Shown: positions 18,248-24,801 of the stretch, in pieces
How positions within the stretch are numbered: the first letter of the stretch is position 1
Layout: each line of letters starts with the position of its first letter
Virus record (IMG/VR): IMGVR_UViG_3300042389_001946
Coordinates: 1-25,605 of that record
Length of the DNA: 25,605 nucleotides
Strand: one strand, 5' to 3'
DNA from: a virus
Lineage: Duplodnaviria > Caudoviricetes
Program-made: the position numbers and the translations under genes
The notes under the pieces: model-generated
Told to the model about the DNA's origin: nothing
The model's input: only the letters and a program-made list of their open reading frames with translations
Database searches by the model: none

Positions 18248-18778
18248 TCAAAAACCCAGTTTGTTCTTTAATTTCTGAAATGTAGATTGAGGCTTAAAGG
18301 ATTTAACCTTATGGGCAGGAGGAGTTGATTGCCTCTTTTCCGACCTTGCTCCTACATCTTTAGCTTCTTGCTTTAATATATCTGAAGCCTTGTAACCAAA
18401 GCGATGGAGATCAAAATACATTTTTTTGTCTGTATTAGTAATATATTTTTTTGCTAACTGCTCAGCAGCTGCTATAATCTGTTCGGGTGTACTTTGAGCC
18501 GTTAAATTTAATTCCTTCACGTATCTCAACGAACCTGGTTTATTATATGTATCTAAAAATACCTTAGGATCTTCAAAAGTTGATCTTATATTATCTTGGT
18601 TCATTCTTTCCCAGTCCCGTCTTGATGATTGAAGTTCTCTTTCTTGCTCCTGTTCTCTTGTTGGTCTTGACCTGGGCGCAGAGTCTTCAATATCCCCATA
18701 TTTATTACGAACTTCAAAACTAGCCTCTAAAACCTTATCATATGCTTCAGCTATAAGAATCTCATCTCTCGTCTTCAT
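18248..18778 (-). CDS. hypothetical late protein, possible head-packaged internal protein
   Basis: TAAATA 6 nt upstream; N-terminus MKTRDEILIAEAYDKVLEA contains I/V-x-E|A motifs. Confidence 0.7.
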   Translation of the reverse strand: MKTRDEILIAEAYDKVLEASFEVRNKYGDIEDSAPRSRPTREQEQERELQSSRRDWERMNQDNIRSTFEDPKVFLDTYNKPGSLRYVKELNLTAQSTPEQIIAAAEQLAKKYITNTDKKMYFDLHRFGYKASDILKQEAKDVGARSEKRQSTPPAHKVKSFKPQSTFQKLKNKLGF

Positions 18779-18818
18779 TATCTTTATTTATGCAAATTTA
18801 TCAACTAATCTATAAAAA

Positions 18819-18895
18819 TGGTCGGGATGACACGATTCGAACATGCGACATCTGCGTCCCAAACGCAGCGCTCTACCAGGCTGAGCTACATCCCG
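18819..18895 (-). tRNA. trnP: tRNA-Pro(TGG)
   Basis: Acceptor CGGGATG/CATCCCG; CTGCG TT TGG GA CGCAG. Confidence 0.96.
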
Positions 18896-18899
18896 TAAA

Positions 18900-18975
18900 T
18901 GGAGCCGGATATCAGAATTGAACTGATGACCTATCGCTTACAAGGCGATTGCAACTACCACTGTGCTAATCCGGC
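18900..18975 (-). tRNA. trnT: tRNA-Thr(TGT)
   Basis: Acceptor GCCGGAT/ATCCGGC; ATCGC CT TGT AA GCGAT. Confidence 0.95.
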
Positions 18976-18983
18976 GTAAAAAC

Positions 18984-19637
18984 TTATAAATTGTTCATAC
19001 TCCCTCTCTTTTTTCCGTTTTGTGGAACAAAGTCGGGGAGATATTTAGAAAAAGATTTGACAAGATTGGGTTGTGAATGCTTATAACCTATTCTTTGAAC
19101 ACCACTAAACCCTTCCTTGCAGTATATATTATATAAATCACTAAGCTCTTTTTGTTTGTTTAATAGATTGAGCTGCATTTTTTGTTGTCTTTGTTTCTTT
19201 TTTGCTTCTTTTGCTCTGACTGTATGATATGAAGCAATTCTTCCTCTCTCCCAACCTAGAGGTATTTGTTCTATTGTTTTTGCTTCCTCAATACCGTTAG
19301 TAATCCAGAAAGTTCCCGATTGTGAATTATTTTGACCACTTTGTGATGCTGATTGAGCTTTACTAAACTTTCTTCTCAACCAGCCATACATTTTGTTGTT
19401 TAGCCTTTTAGGTATCATCATTGCAGCAGCTCTAATTAGTTTATAATTATTTGGATTGATCTTAACTAATAATTGATGCGCTATATAATGCTCTTCTGGT
19501 GTGAGGCTAACAAGATTACTTTCTTCATCGGTACCTCCCATACATCTCGGAATGATATGGTGCTTTTCTTTATAGCCTTCTAGAACTCTTTCTCTTCCTC
19601 TTTCTATGAGTTTATTATAGATTAGTTCGTAATTCAT
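18984..19637 (-). CDS. free-standing HNH homing endonuclease
   Basis: HHIIPRCMGG...NLVSLTPEEHYIAH HNH core; WITNG NUMOD-like motif; basic C-terminus. Confidence 0.9.
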   Translation of the reverse strand: MNYELIYNKLIERGRERVLEGYKEKHHIIPRCMGGTDEESNLVSLTPEEHYIAHQLLVKINPNNYKLIRAAAMMIPKRLNNKMYGWLRRKFSKAQSASQSGQNNSQSGTFWITNGIEEAKTIEQIPLGWERGRIASYHTVRAKEAKKKQRQQKMQLNLLNKQKELSDLYNIYCKEGFSGVQRIGYKHSQPNLVKSFSKYLPDFVPQNGKKRGSMNNL

Positions 19638-19687
19638 AACTGTTAACTATAATATTTAATGTATTACTACCAAATTAACAGTAAAAA

Positions 19688-19763
19688 TGGCTCCCCGGGT
19701 TGGTCACGATCCAACGACATCCGCATTAACAGTGCGGCGCTCTGCCAACTGAGCTACCGGGGA
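19688..19763 (-). tRNA. trnN: tRNA-Asn(GTT), non-canonical T-loop
   Basis: Acceptor TCCCCGG/CCGGGGA; CCGCA CT GTT AA TGCGG; T-loop ATCGTGA. Confidence 0.93.
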
Positions 19764-19858
19764 ATTAAAAATTGTGCAGGGTTTATCGTCATTCTCTTTG
19801 GACATCCTCCTGCTTATTCCAAATCAGTTGGGAGCTACCACAACAGCGAGCTTACTTA

Positions 19859-20092
19859 TCAATTACCATTGACAAAAGTGTAGAGCTCTTTTGCTCTATC
19901 AATTATCTGTTCTGATGTAGGTAGAAGATCAGCAATTTCTTGCTCGTTAATTTTTTCTTCTACCCATGTTCCATCTTCTATCATTCGCTTCTTTCTATTG
20001 TGAAGCTTTTCGTGATAGATGTTCATAAGATCGCCGTGAGCGATGCTTAATACTTCCAACCTTATTTCGTATGCATTTTTTTGTGTGTTCAT
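19859..20092 (-). CDS. small hypothetical phage protein
   Basis: 77 aa, KNAYEIRLEVL...IIDRAKELYTFV; plausible helical protein. Confidence 0.75.
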   Translation of the reverse strand: MNTQKNAYEIRLEVLSIAHGDLMNIYHEKLHNRKKRMIEDGTWVEEKINEQEIADLLPTSEQIIDRAKELYTFVNGN

Positions 20093-20257
20093 ATGTGTGT
20101 AATGTCAGAGTGTTTTGTCTGACGATACTACTTATTGCACAAATTATCAAATGCAAGAAAATTTGCCCATAACAGATTGCTGCTACACTCACCCAGGGCT
20201 GGGGCTATCTAGAAACCACATCTAGCTGCGTCATACTTTATCGTGTATGAATACGAA

Positions 20258-20328
20258 TTGCGAGGGGGAGGAATTTAACCTCCACTCTAGACTATGGGCC
20301 TAGCGATCTCCGTATGATCCCTCTCGCA
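20258..20328 (-). tRNA. degenerate tRNA-Met-like element (anticodon CAT, no encoded CCA)
   Basis: TGCGAG/CTCGCA acceptor; D stem GATC/GATC; CTAGG CC CAT AG TCTAG; GGAGG TTAAATT CCTCC. Confidence 0.65.
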
Positions 20329-20333
20329 AAGTG

Positions 20334-20517
20334 TTTTCCCCACTACCGAATAATTGACCAGAGTCAACTTGAAGAAACGCAGTGACTATTTCATCTTGGT
20401 GGCTAATTCCAAGACTAGTTTAATGTGCGTCGGATTACATTCGGCGTCATCGGGTTGCCATCCCGTTCTTAGCCTCAATGCTCATTGTAGGATCATCGCC
20501 TACAATGGCAGGGAAAA
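20334..20517 (-). ncRNA. pseudoknotted multi-stem structured RNA (possibly manA-motif-like)
   Basis: Nested stems TTTTCCC/GGGAAAA, CATTGTAGG/CCTACAATG, CGGG/CCCG, CCGAATG/TATTCGG, ACGCA/TGCGT, TCTTGG/CCAAGA, GTTGAC/GTCAAT; pseudoknot GGCTAA/TTAGCC. Confidence 0.7.
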
Positions 20518-20520
20518 AAA

Positions 20521-21312
20521 TTATTCGGCTAGTGCTTCATATCGACTTAAAATGTCTGTTGTATCAATATGATTGCGTTGTGGAAAAAAGGCGTAATGAA
20601 CAAATAAAGTATCACCTATAATTCGATTTATTGTACCTAGAGAGCGTGGCTTATCTACAGATAACCACTGTTCTTCGTTTTTACTAACAACTCCGCTAAA
20701 TTTTAAGAACTCATCACCCCGCCATGAAATTACATTAATAGAAACACGCTCATTAGCATATAACTGCCAATCTGGAAGAGTAAATTGGTGATCTTGTGCA
20801 AGCTTACTTAAAAAATCGCGATGTAATTTTTCTGCAAAGTCTGAATTCTTCCATCCTGTTGGGCACATACATGCATAACTAGACCTACCGTAGGATGCAT
20901 CAAGATTACCAGTGCGTTGATGTAGGTGTGTAATTAATGCATTATTAATAATATTACCGTATAACAAAAACGATGAAGTATCCTTAATACGTGCATCGAA
21001 TAGACTTGTTAGTGACCCTTGTCTAATATAAACAATATCATCGTCTAATCTTACATATATTTCATCAAGATTAATATAATCTGTAAAAAAGTTATAGATT
21101 GAATTGATACCATCTACAGGCACAGTAGGGTATTTGATACAAATAAAATCATACTGTTCTTGTAACGATTCTATATATCTAATATCGCTTTCATCGGTTG
21201 TATTAAGCCAGATATCCCACCTATCAAATTCACCTTTACATTTTATAAGATGTTTTAATAAAATCTTTAAATATCGCTCTCTACCAGCTGGAGTAACTAT
21301 AATGCGCAACAT
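20521..21312 (-). CDS. GT-A fold glycosyltransferase-like protein
   Basis: TPAGRERYL, YVRLDDDIVYI (DxD), VHYAFFPQR; TATAAATA upstream. Confidence 0.75.
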   Translation of the reverse strand: MLRIIVTPAGRERYLKILLKHLIKCKGEFDRWDIWLNTTDESDIRYIESLQEQYDFICIKYPTVPVDGINSIYNFFTDYINLDEIYVRLDDDIVYIRQGSLTSLFDARIKDTSSFLLYGNIINNALITHLHQRTGNLDASYGRSSYACMCPTGWKNSDFAEKLHRDFLSKLAQDHQFTLPDWQLYANERVSINVISWRGDEFLKFSGVVSKNEEQWLSVDKPRSLGTINRIIGDTLFVHYAFFPQRNHIDTTDILSRYEALAE

Positions 21313-21359
21313 AATGTATTTATATTTTATAATTTAAATTATAAATATCCATATATAAA

Positions 21360-21445
21360 TGGTGGGCAGAGCTGGATTCGAACCAGCGTAGGCGTTAGCC
21401 AGCAGATTTACAGTCTGCCCCCTTTAGCCACTCGGGCATCTACCC
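21360..21445 (-). tRNA. trnY: tRNA-Tyr(GTA)
   Basis: GCAGA CT GTA AA TCTGC; long variable arm; ACCA end. Confidence 0.96.
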
Positions 21446-21453
21446 ATAAAAAT

Positions 21454-21533
21454 TGGTTGCGGGGGTGAGAGTCGAACCCACACCGAAGCCTAGCTTATGA
21501 GACTAGTTCAGCACCACTACTGACTGCCCCGCG
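21454..21533 (-). tRNA. initiator-like tRNA-Met(CAT)
   Basis: Acceptor CGCGGGG/CCCCGCA with C1:A72 mismatch; CTAGT CT CAT AA GCTAG; ACCA end. Confidence 0.88.
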
Positions 21534-21545
21534 ATTGAAAATTGA

Positions 21546-21656
21546 GCCGACTAAAGAGGCGACATAGATACATTCCCGTACGCACCCGCATACGCAGTCC
21601 TGCACGTCATCTGTATCTATATACCGGGCATGGAGCCCGTTAACCTCTCTAGCGGC
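21546..21656 (-). ncRNA. unannotated 111-nt branched hairpin RNA
   Basis: Closing stem GCCG-CTAGAGAGG/CCTCTTTAG-T-CGGC; side hairpin CGGGC/GCCCG; ATAGATACA/TGTATCTAT; apical CGTGC/GTACG and CTGC/GCGG. Confidence 0.65.
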
Positions 21657-21677
21657 AAATATTAAAAAGTTGAAATT

Positions 21678-21737
21678 TAGTGAGCTTATTGCATCTCAAT
21701 CTCCCTCTCGGACCTTAGTGGCTTCTGGCGCTCACTA
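21678..21737 (-). ncRNA. unannotated 60-nt structured element
   Basis: Perfect 8-bp closing stem TAGTGAGC/GCTCACTA around short internal hairpins; starts 14 nt after a promoter -10 box. Confidence 0.45.
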
Positions 21738-21751
21738 CCTTCTGTCTTAAT

Positions 21752-21769
21752 ATAATATCTAAGTTCCTT
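21752..21769 (-). promoter_or_regulatory. AAGGAACT-N4-TATTAT promoter at the head of the ncRNA/tRNA array
   Basis: Fifth copy of the motif. Confidence 0.65.
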
Positions 21770-21778
21770 TAATCAAAT

Positions 21779-21812
21779 AAAAAAGCGAGCTTTTTTAGGG
21801 CTCGCTTTTTTT
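21779..21812 (-). terminator. intrinsic terminator (conditional; part of the putative attenuator)
   Basis: AAAAAAAGCGAGC-CCTAAAAAA-GCTCGCTTTTTT; a competing GCTCGCTTTT copy lies upstream at 21827-21836. Confidence 0.85.
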
Positions 21813-21836
21813 ATGTACCAGGAATGAAAAGCGAGC

Positions 21837-21905
21837 TTAAATAACGTACCATCCTGGGCAATTATTGCCAGGTAGTACAGTTACTGTTGTATAAGTGCTT
21901 TGCAT
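21837..21905 (-). CDS. putative attenuator leader peptide (22 aa, MQSTYTTVTVLPGNNCPGWYVI)
   Basis: GACTAAATA box 7 nt before the ATG, as for other late genes; the stop codon abuts the antiterminator arm. Confidence 0.7.
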   Translation of the reverse strand: MQSTYTTVTVLPGNNCPGWYVI

Positions 21906-21936
21906 GTAAGTTTATTTAGTCTAGTTGTATGATTTT

Positions 21937-23217
21937 TTATACAGTTATTCTGATTCTACTGCGAATTGCTGAAAGCTTACGCTTCTTGAGAAGTACTGCT
22001 CCACCTTCGCGTGATCCTTGACCATCGGTATTACCTTCGATTGTATCGATATAACCGTCTTGAGGATCGCTTATAGCTAAACCAATGTGTGAGAAGGTAA
22101 ACATAACAATGTCGCCAGCTTTGATATCATCTTTGTGAGGCTTCTTAAGTTGAACTTTATTATTCTGTTTTGCTGCCCAATCTTCAAATCCCCAAGCACT
22201 TGCTGTTGTTGGTCTCTTGAATGTATACGAATTGTCTTTCATAGCTTCGCGCATTAACCAGCAGATGAACGCTGCACACCATGGCCATCCTTGTTCTGGA
22301 TCTAAGGAGGTTGCTGATTTATATTCGTTAACTCTTGGACCGCAGTTAGTGCCATTTACTTCTTGAACTCCAATTTCTTTCCTAGCTAATTCAACTAACT
22401 TTACTGCTAGAGGAGCTTGTACAGCTGCAGGAGCTGATGCTGTAGTTGATGCTGTTACGATAGGAGCTTTTGTTGAACCCTTTACAAGAGCTGCTTCTTC
22501 ATCTCTACGTCTTAGTAGACCGTCTAGACCTTTTCCGACCCAAATACGCTTCATGTTTGTAATCTCTTTAGCAATTGCTGCATAGTCTTTACCAGCAATA
22601 AGACCGCGAATGTTTTTCATTTCTTCACGATTCTTACCAGTTACAGCTGCACCTCTATTGAATACAAGAGATACAAGAGCACCAAATGCATCTGGATGAA
22701 GCTCATTAGCACCTGGGAATGCTTTAAGTGTTTCATTTACAAATCTCGGTAATGTACTCTCTTTAAACACCTTAAGAGCGCTCTCCCATGGTATCTCAAT
22801 ATCCTTTACAGAAGGTATTAATGACTTAGCTGATGAGTTTTTAGCACCTAAACATTTGGATAATCTGCTAAATACATCGCCTGTGAGTACTTTACCCCAA
22901 TCTGATGTGAATTGATCATCGGTGTTATAACCTAAGTCATAACCAACGCCGATTGTTACACCAGAAGCACCGCCTGGGTAGCATGGCTTCTTAAGTGCTT
23001 TATTATAATAAGCTTCACCACCGCCTACTTCATGCTTGATAATTAAATCTAAAGCTTTTTGTGATATTGGTAGTTCAGGCTCTTGTACTGGAGCTGGTAC
23101 TGGTGCAGCAACTGGTGCTGGAGCTGATGGTTTTGCACTTGACTGAGCTACTGATTTAGCTGTAGGTGTAGTTAAGTACTTTAATACTGATGTTAATATG
23201 TCTAATGCGATTTTCAT
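21937..23217 (-). CDS. two-catalytic-domain endolysin: lysozyme/pesticin-like muramidase plus CHAP
   Basis: IIKHEVGG...PGGASGVTIGVGYDLG...LVSLVFNRG...GLLRRRDEEA; CHAP motifs PWCAAFICW, HIG, TIEGNT; Pro/Ala linkers. Confidence 0.9.
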   Translation of the reverse strand: MKIALDILTSVLKYLTTPTAKSVAQSSAKPSAPAPVAAPVPAPVQEPELPISQKALDLIIKHEVGGGEAYYNKALKKPCYPGGASGVTIGVGYDLGYNTDDQFTSDWGKVLTGDVFSRLSKCLGAKNSSAKSLIPSVKDIEIPWESALKVFKESTLPRFVNETLKAFPGANELHPDAFGALVSLVFNRGAAVTGKNREEMKNIRGLIAGKDYAAIAKEITNMKRIWVGKGLDGLLRRRDEEAALVKGSTKAPIVTASTTASAPAAVQAPLAVKLVELARKEIGVQEVNGTNCGPRVNEYKSATSLDPEQGWPWCAAFICWLMREAMKDNSYTFKRPTTASAWGFEDWAAKQNNKVQLKKPHKDDIKAGDIVMFTFSHIGLAISDPQDGYIDTIEGNTDGQGSREGGAVLLKKRKLSAIRSRIRITV

Positions 23218-23222
23218 AATCT

Positions 23223-23232
23223 TAAATATTTA
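23223..23232. promoter_or_regulatory. palindromic bidirectional late-promoter box TAAATATTTA
   Basis: TAAATA on both strands between the divergent endolysin and holin-like genes. Confidence 0.55.
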
Positions 23233-23453
23233 TGAAAAAAGGAATAAATACTTATGTTATGGAACAAATTATTCAACTACTCCAAGGCCAAGAATGGTTC
23301 GGTATCTTATCAGCAGTTGTTGCTTTAGCTTCAACTATCGCTGCTTCAACACCAACACCAACTCCTGGTACTCCGCTTGCAATGCTCTATAAGGTTATCG
23401 ATGTTTTAGCATTAAACATCGGTAAAGCTAAGCAAAAAGGCGACGAAAACTAA
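23232..23453 (+). CDS. holin-like small membrane protein (second in-frame start at 23259)
   Basis: Hydrophobic helix, TPTP turn, YKVIDVLALNIGKAK basic tail; lies in the lysis cassette. Confidence 0.7.
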   Translation: MKKGINTYVMEQIIQLLQGQEWFGILSAVVALASTIAASTPTPTPGTPLAMLYKVIDVLALNIGKAKQKGDEN

Positions 23454-23461
23454 TATCGTAA

Positions 23462-23722
23462 ATGGACTTTATAGGTCTAATAAAGAACGCCTTGTGTGCT
23501 TTAACTTCTTATCTGGAGTTGAAGAACAAGGCGTTCTATTATGATATAATTCAAAAATCTAAAGCTAGACAGAAAGAACTAACAAATGAAATCGAAGAAC
23601 TACGTGCTAAAGGGACTAATGATAGCAATGATCGCGCTGACATCTTGCGCTCCGAGCTCATCAACGAACGTAAAACCCTTGAACATCTATCAGCCGTCTA
23701 TTCTCTCTCTGGAAAAGGGTAA
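23462..23722 (+). CDS. putative i-spanin (Rz-like)
   Basis: N-terminal hydrophobic segment plus coiled coil; overlapped in the +1 frame by a lipoprotein ORF. Confidence 0.6.
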   Translation: MDFIGLIKNALCALTSYLELKNKAFYYDIIQKSKARQKELTNEIEELRAKGTNDSNDRADILRSELINERKTLEHLSAVYSLSGKG

Positions 23723-23819
23723 AGCCGTTATAACTAAAGACGGTATCTATACACCTCAGACTGATGAGGTTTGGCATTCAGATGCTCGTTATAGAAAATT
23801 AGAAAGAGAGCTGTATTAA
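23586..23819 (+). CDS. putative o-spanin lipoprotein (Rz1-like)
   Basis: Signal peptide with lipobox ALTS-C; overlaps the 3' half of the upstream gene. Confidence 0.7.
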   Translation: MKSKNYVLKGLMIAMIALTSCAPSSSTNVKPLNIYQPSILSLEKGKAVITKDGIYTPQTDEVWHSDARYRKLERELY

Positions 23820-23832
23820 GCTCTCTTTTTTT
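23803..23832 (+). terminator. intrinsic terminator after the spanin genes (convergent junction)
   Basis: AAAGAGAGCT-GTATTA-AGCTCTCTTT followed by further T residues. Confidence 0.75.
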
Positions 23833-24148
23833 ACTTCTTTATAAACTTATCTGGAGATTTAGAAAACTTCTTACCGAAGTTAACGATTCCCTGAATAATC
23901 TCAGGTGAGATAACTCCTGTTATACCATATATAACAGCTTTGTGTAAATCTAAAAGAGCTAAATCGTGTATTAACGCCCACATAATAGTAGAGGTTAATG
24001 ACGCAACAAAGATTTTCTTAAGTTGACACACCAAACCTGAGCTGTCACCCATTGATAATAAACGTGCTAACATTGAAGCAGCACCTATTACCGGTATAAT
24101 CCACCCTCCATTAAGAAACTCTTCAAATAAAGATTTTTCTGAATCCAT
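23831..24148 (-). CDS. three-helix membrane protein, holin-like
   Basis: Three hydrophobic segments and a basic C-terminal tail; TAAATA 8 nt upstream. Confidence 0.6.
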   Translation of the reverse strand: MDSEKSLFEEFLNGGWIIPVIGAASMLARLLSMGDSSGLVCQLKKIFVASLTSTIMWALIHDLALLDLHKAVIYGITGVISPEIIQGIVNFGKKFSKSPDKFIKK

Positions 24149-24159
24149 TTACATATTAT

Positions 24160-24576
24160 TTATGGCTTCTGCACATAAACTTTCATGTATTCTGGTTGCG
24201 AATGCGCAAACCTATGGATTTTTGAGTGTGAAGTTACATATATATCGAATACATACGCTTTACCTCTCGATGCTTTCTTACTAGTAACTGCGCTACCTCT
24301 ATCTTGAACAATAAAATTACCGTCTCCAATCTTACCTTTTAATTGGGGTATGTAAAGCTTGGTACCAAACTTAAAATTTGGATGAGCTGCTACCGAGACT
24401 CCTTCTTTGGCGCGTTTAGAGCCCTGACATGCTACTCTATTACCCCATTTACCATCGGTACTATAATAAGTGATTCTCGCTGTGTATACGTTACCTATAA
24501 TCTTTTCAGCACTATAGCATGGTGTTAAGTATAAGAACGATAACAAAACAACATACAAATATGATCGTTTAATCAT
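24160..24576 (-). CDS. secreted 3D-domain (MltA-like) peptidoglycan enzyme
   Basis: Signal peptide; ITYYS, VAAHP..FGTKLYIP, VQDRGSAV, FDIYV. Confidence 0.8.
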   Translation of the reverse strand: MIKRSYLYVVLLSFLYLTPCYSAEKIIGNVYTARITYYSTDGKWGNRVACQGSKRAKEGVSVAAHPNFKFGTKLYIPQLKGKIGDGNFIVQDRGSAVTSKKASRGKAYVFDIYVTSHSKIHRFAHSQPEYMKVYVQKP

Positions 24577-24799
24577 TATCTATGATCTCGTAAGTTGTTG
24601 TTATTTTACATAAAAATGTAGGTAGCTCACGTAGTGGCTCGGGTAGCATCTGTATAACATGATCATAATCTTGTTTTGCACGCCCCATGTCTGTATATAC
24701 ACTATCAGAAAAGTGAGGTAACACTTCACCCTCTTCAGTTATAAAAGCATAAGCATACTCAATTTTTGGCTCTGGTTCTATCTTTTTCTGTGTTTTCAT
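24569..24799 (-). CDS. hypothetical protein
   Basis: 76-aa ORF in a tightly packed operon. Confidence 0.65.
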   Translation of the reverse strand: MKTQKKIEPEPKIEYAYAFITEEGEVLPHFSDSVYTDMGRAKQDYDHVIQMLPEPLRELPTFLCKITTTYEIIDND

Positions 24800-24801
24800 G
24801 T

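Noticed and set aside
19772-19843. Hammerhead ribozyme (contains CTGAT)
   Set aside because: No CUGANGA plus GAAA core at a three-way junction
21546-21656. Calling the 111-nt hairpin SRP 4.5S RNA or 6S RNA
   Set aside because: It lacks the CAGG-x-GNRA-x-AGCA domain IV consensus and a large central bubble, so it is left unassigned
21779-21836. AAAAGCGAGC repeats as a mini-CRISPR or transposon end
   Set aside because: Only 10 nt long, in mixed orientation and with no spacers of CRISPR length; better explained as alternative RNA hairpins
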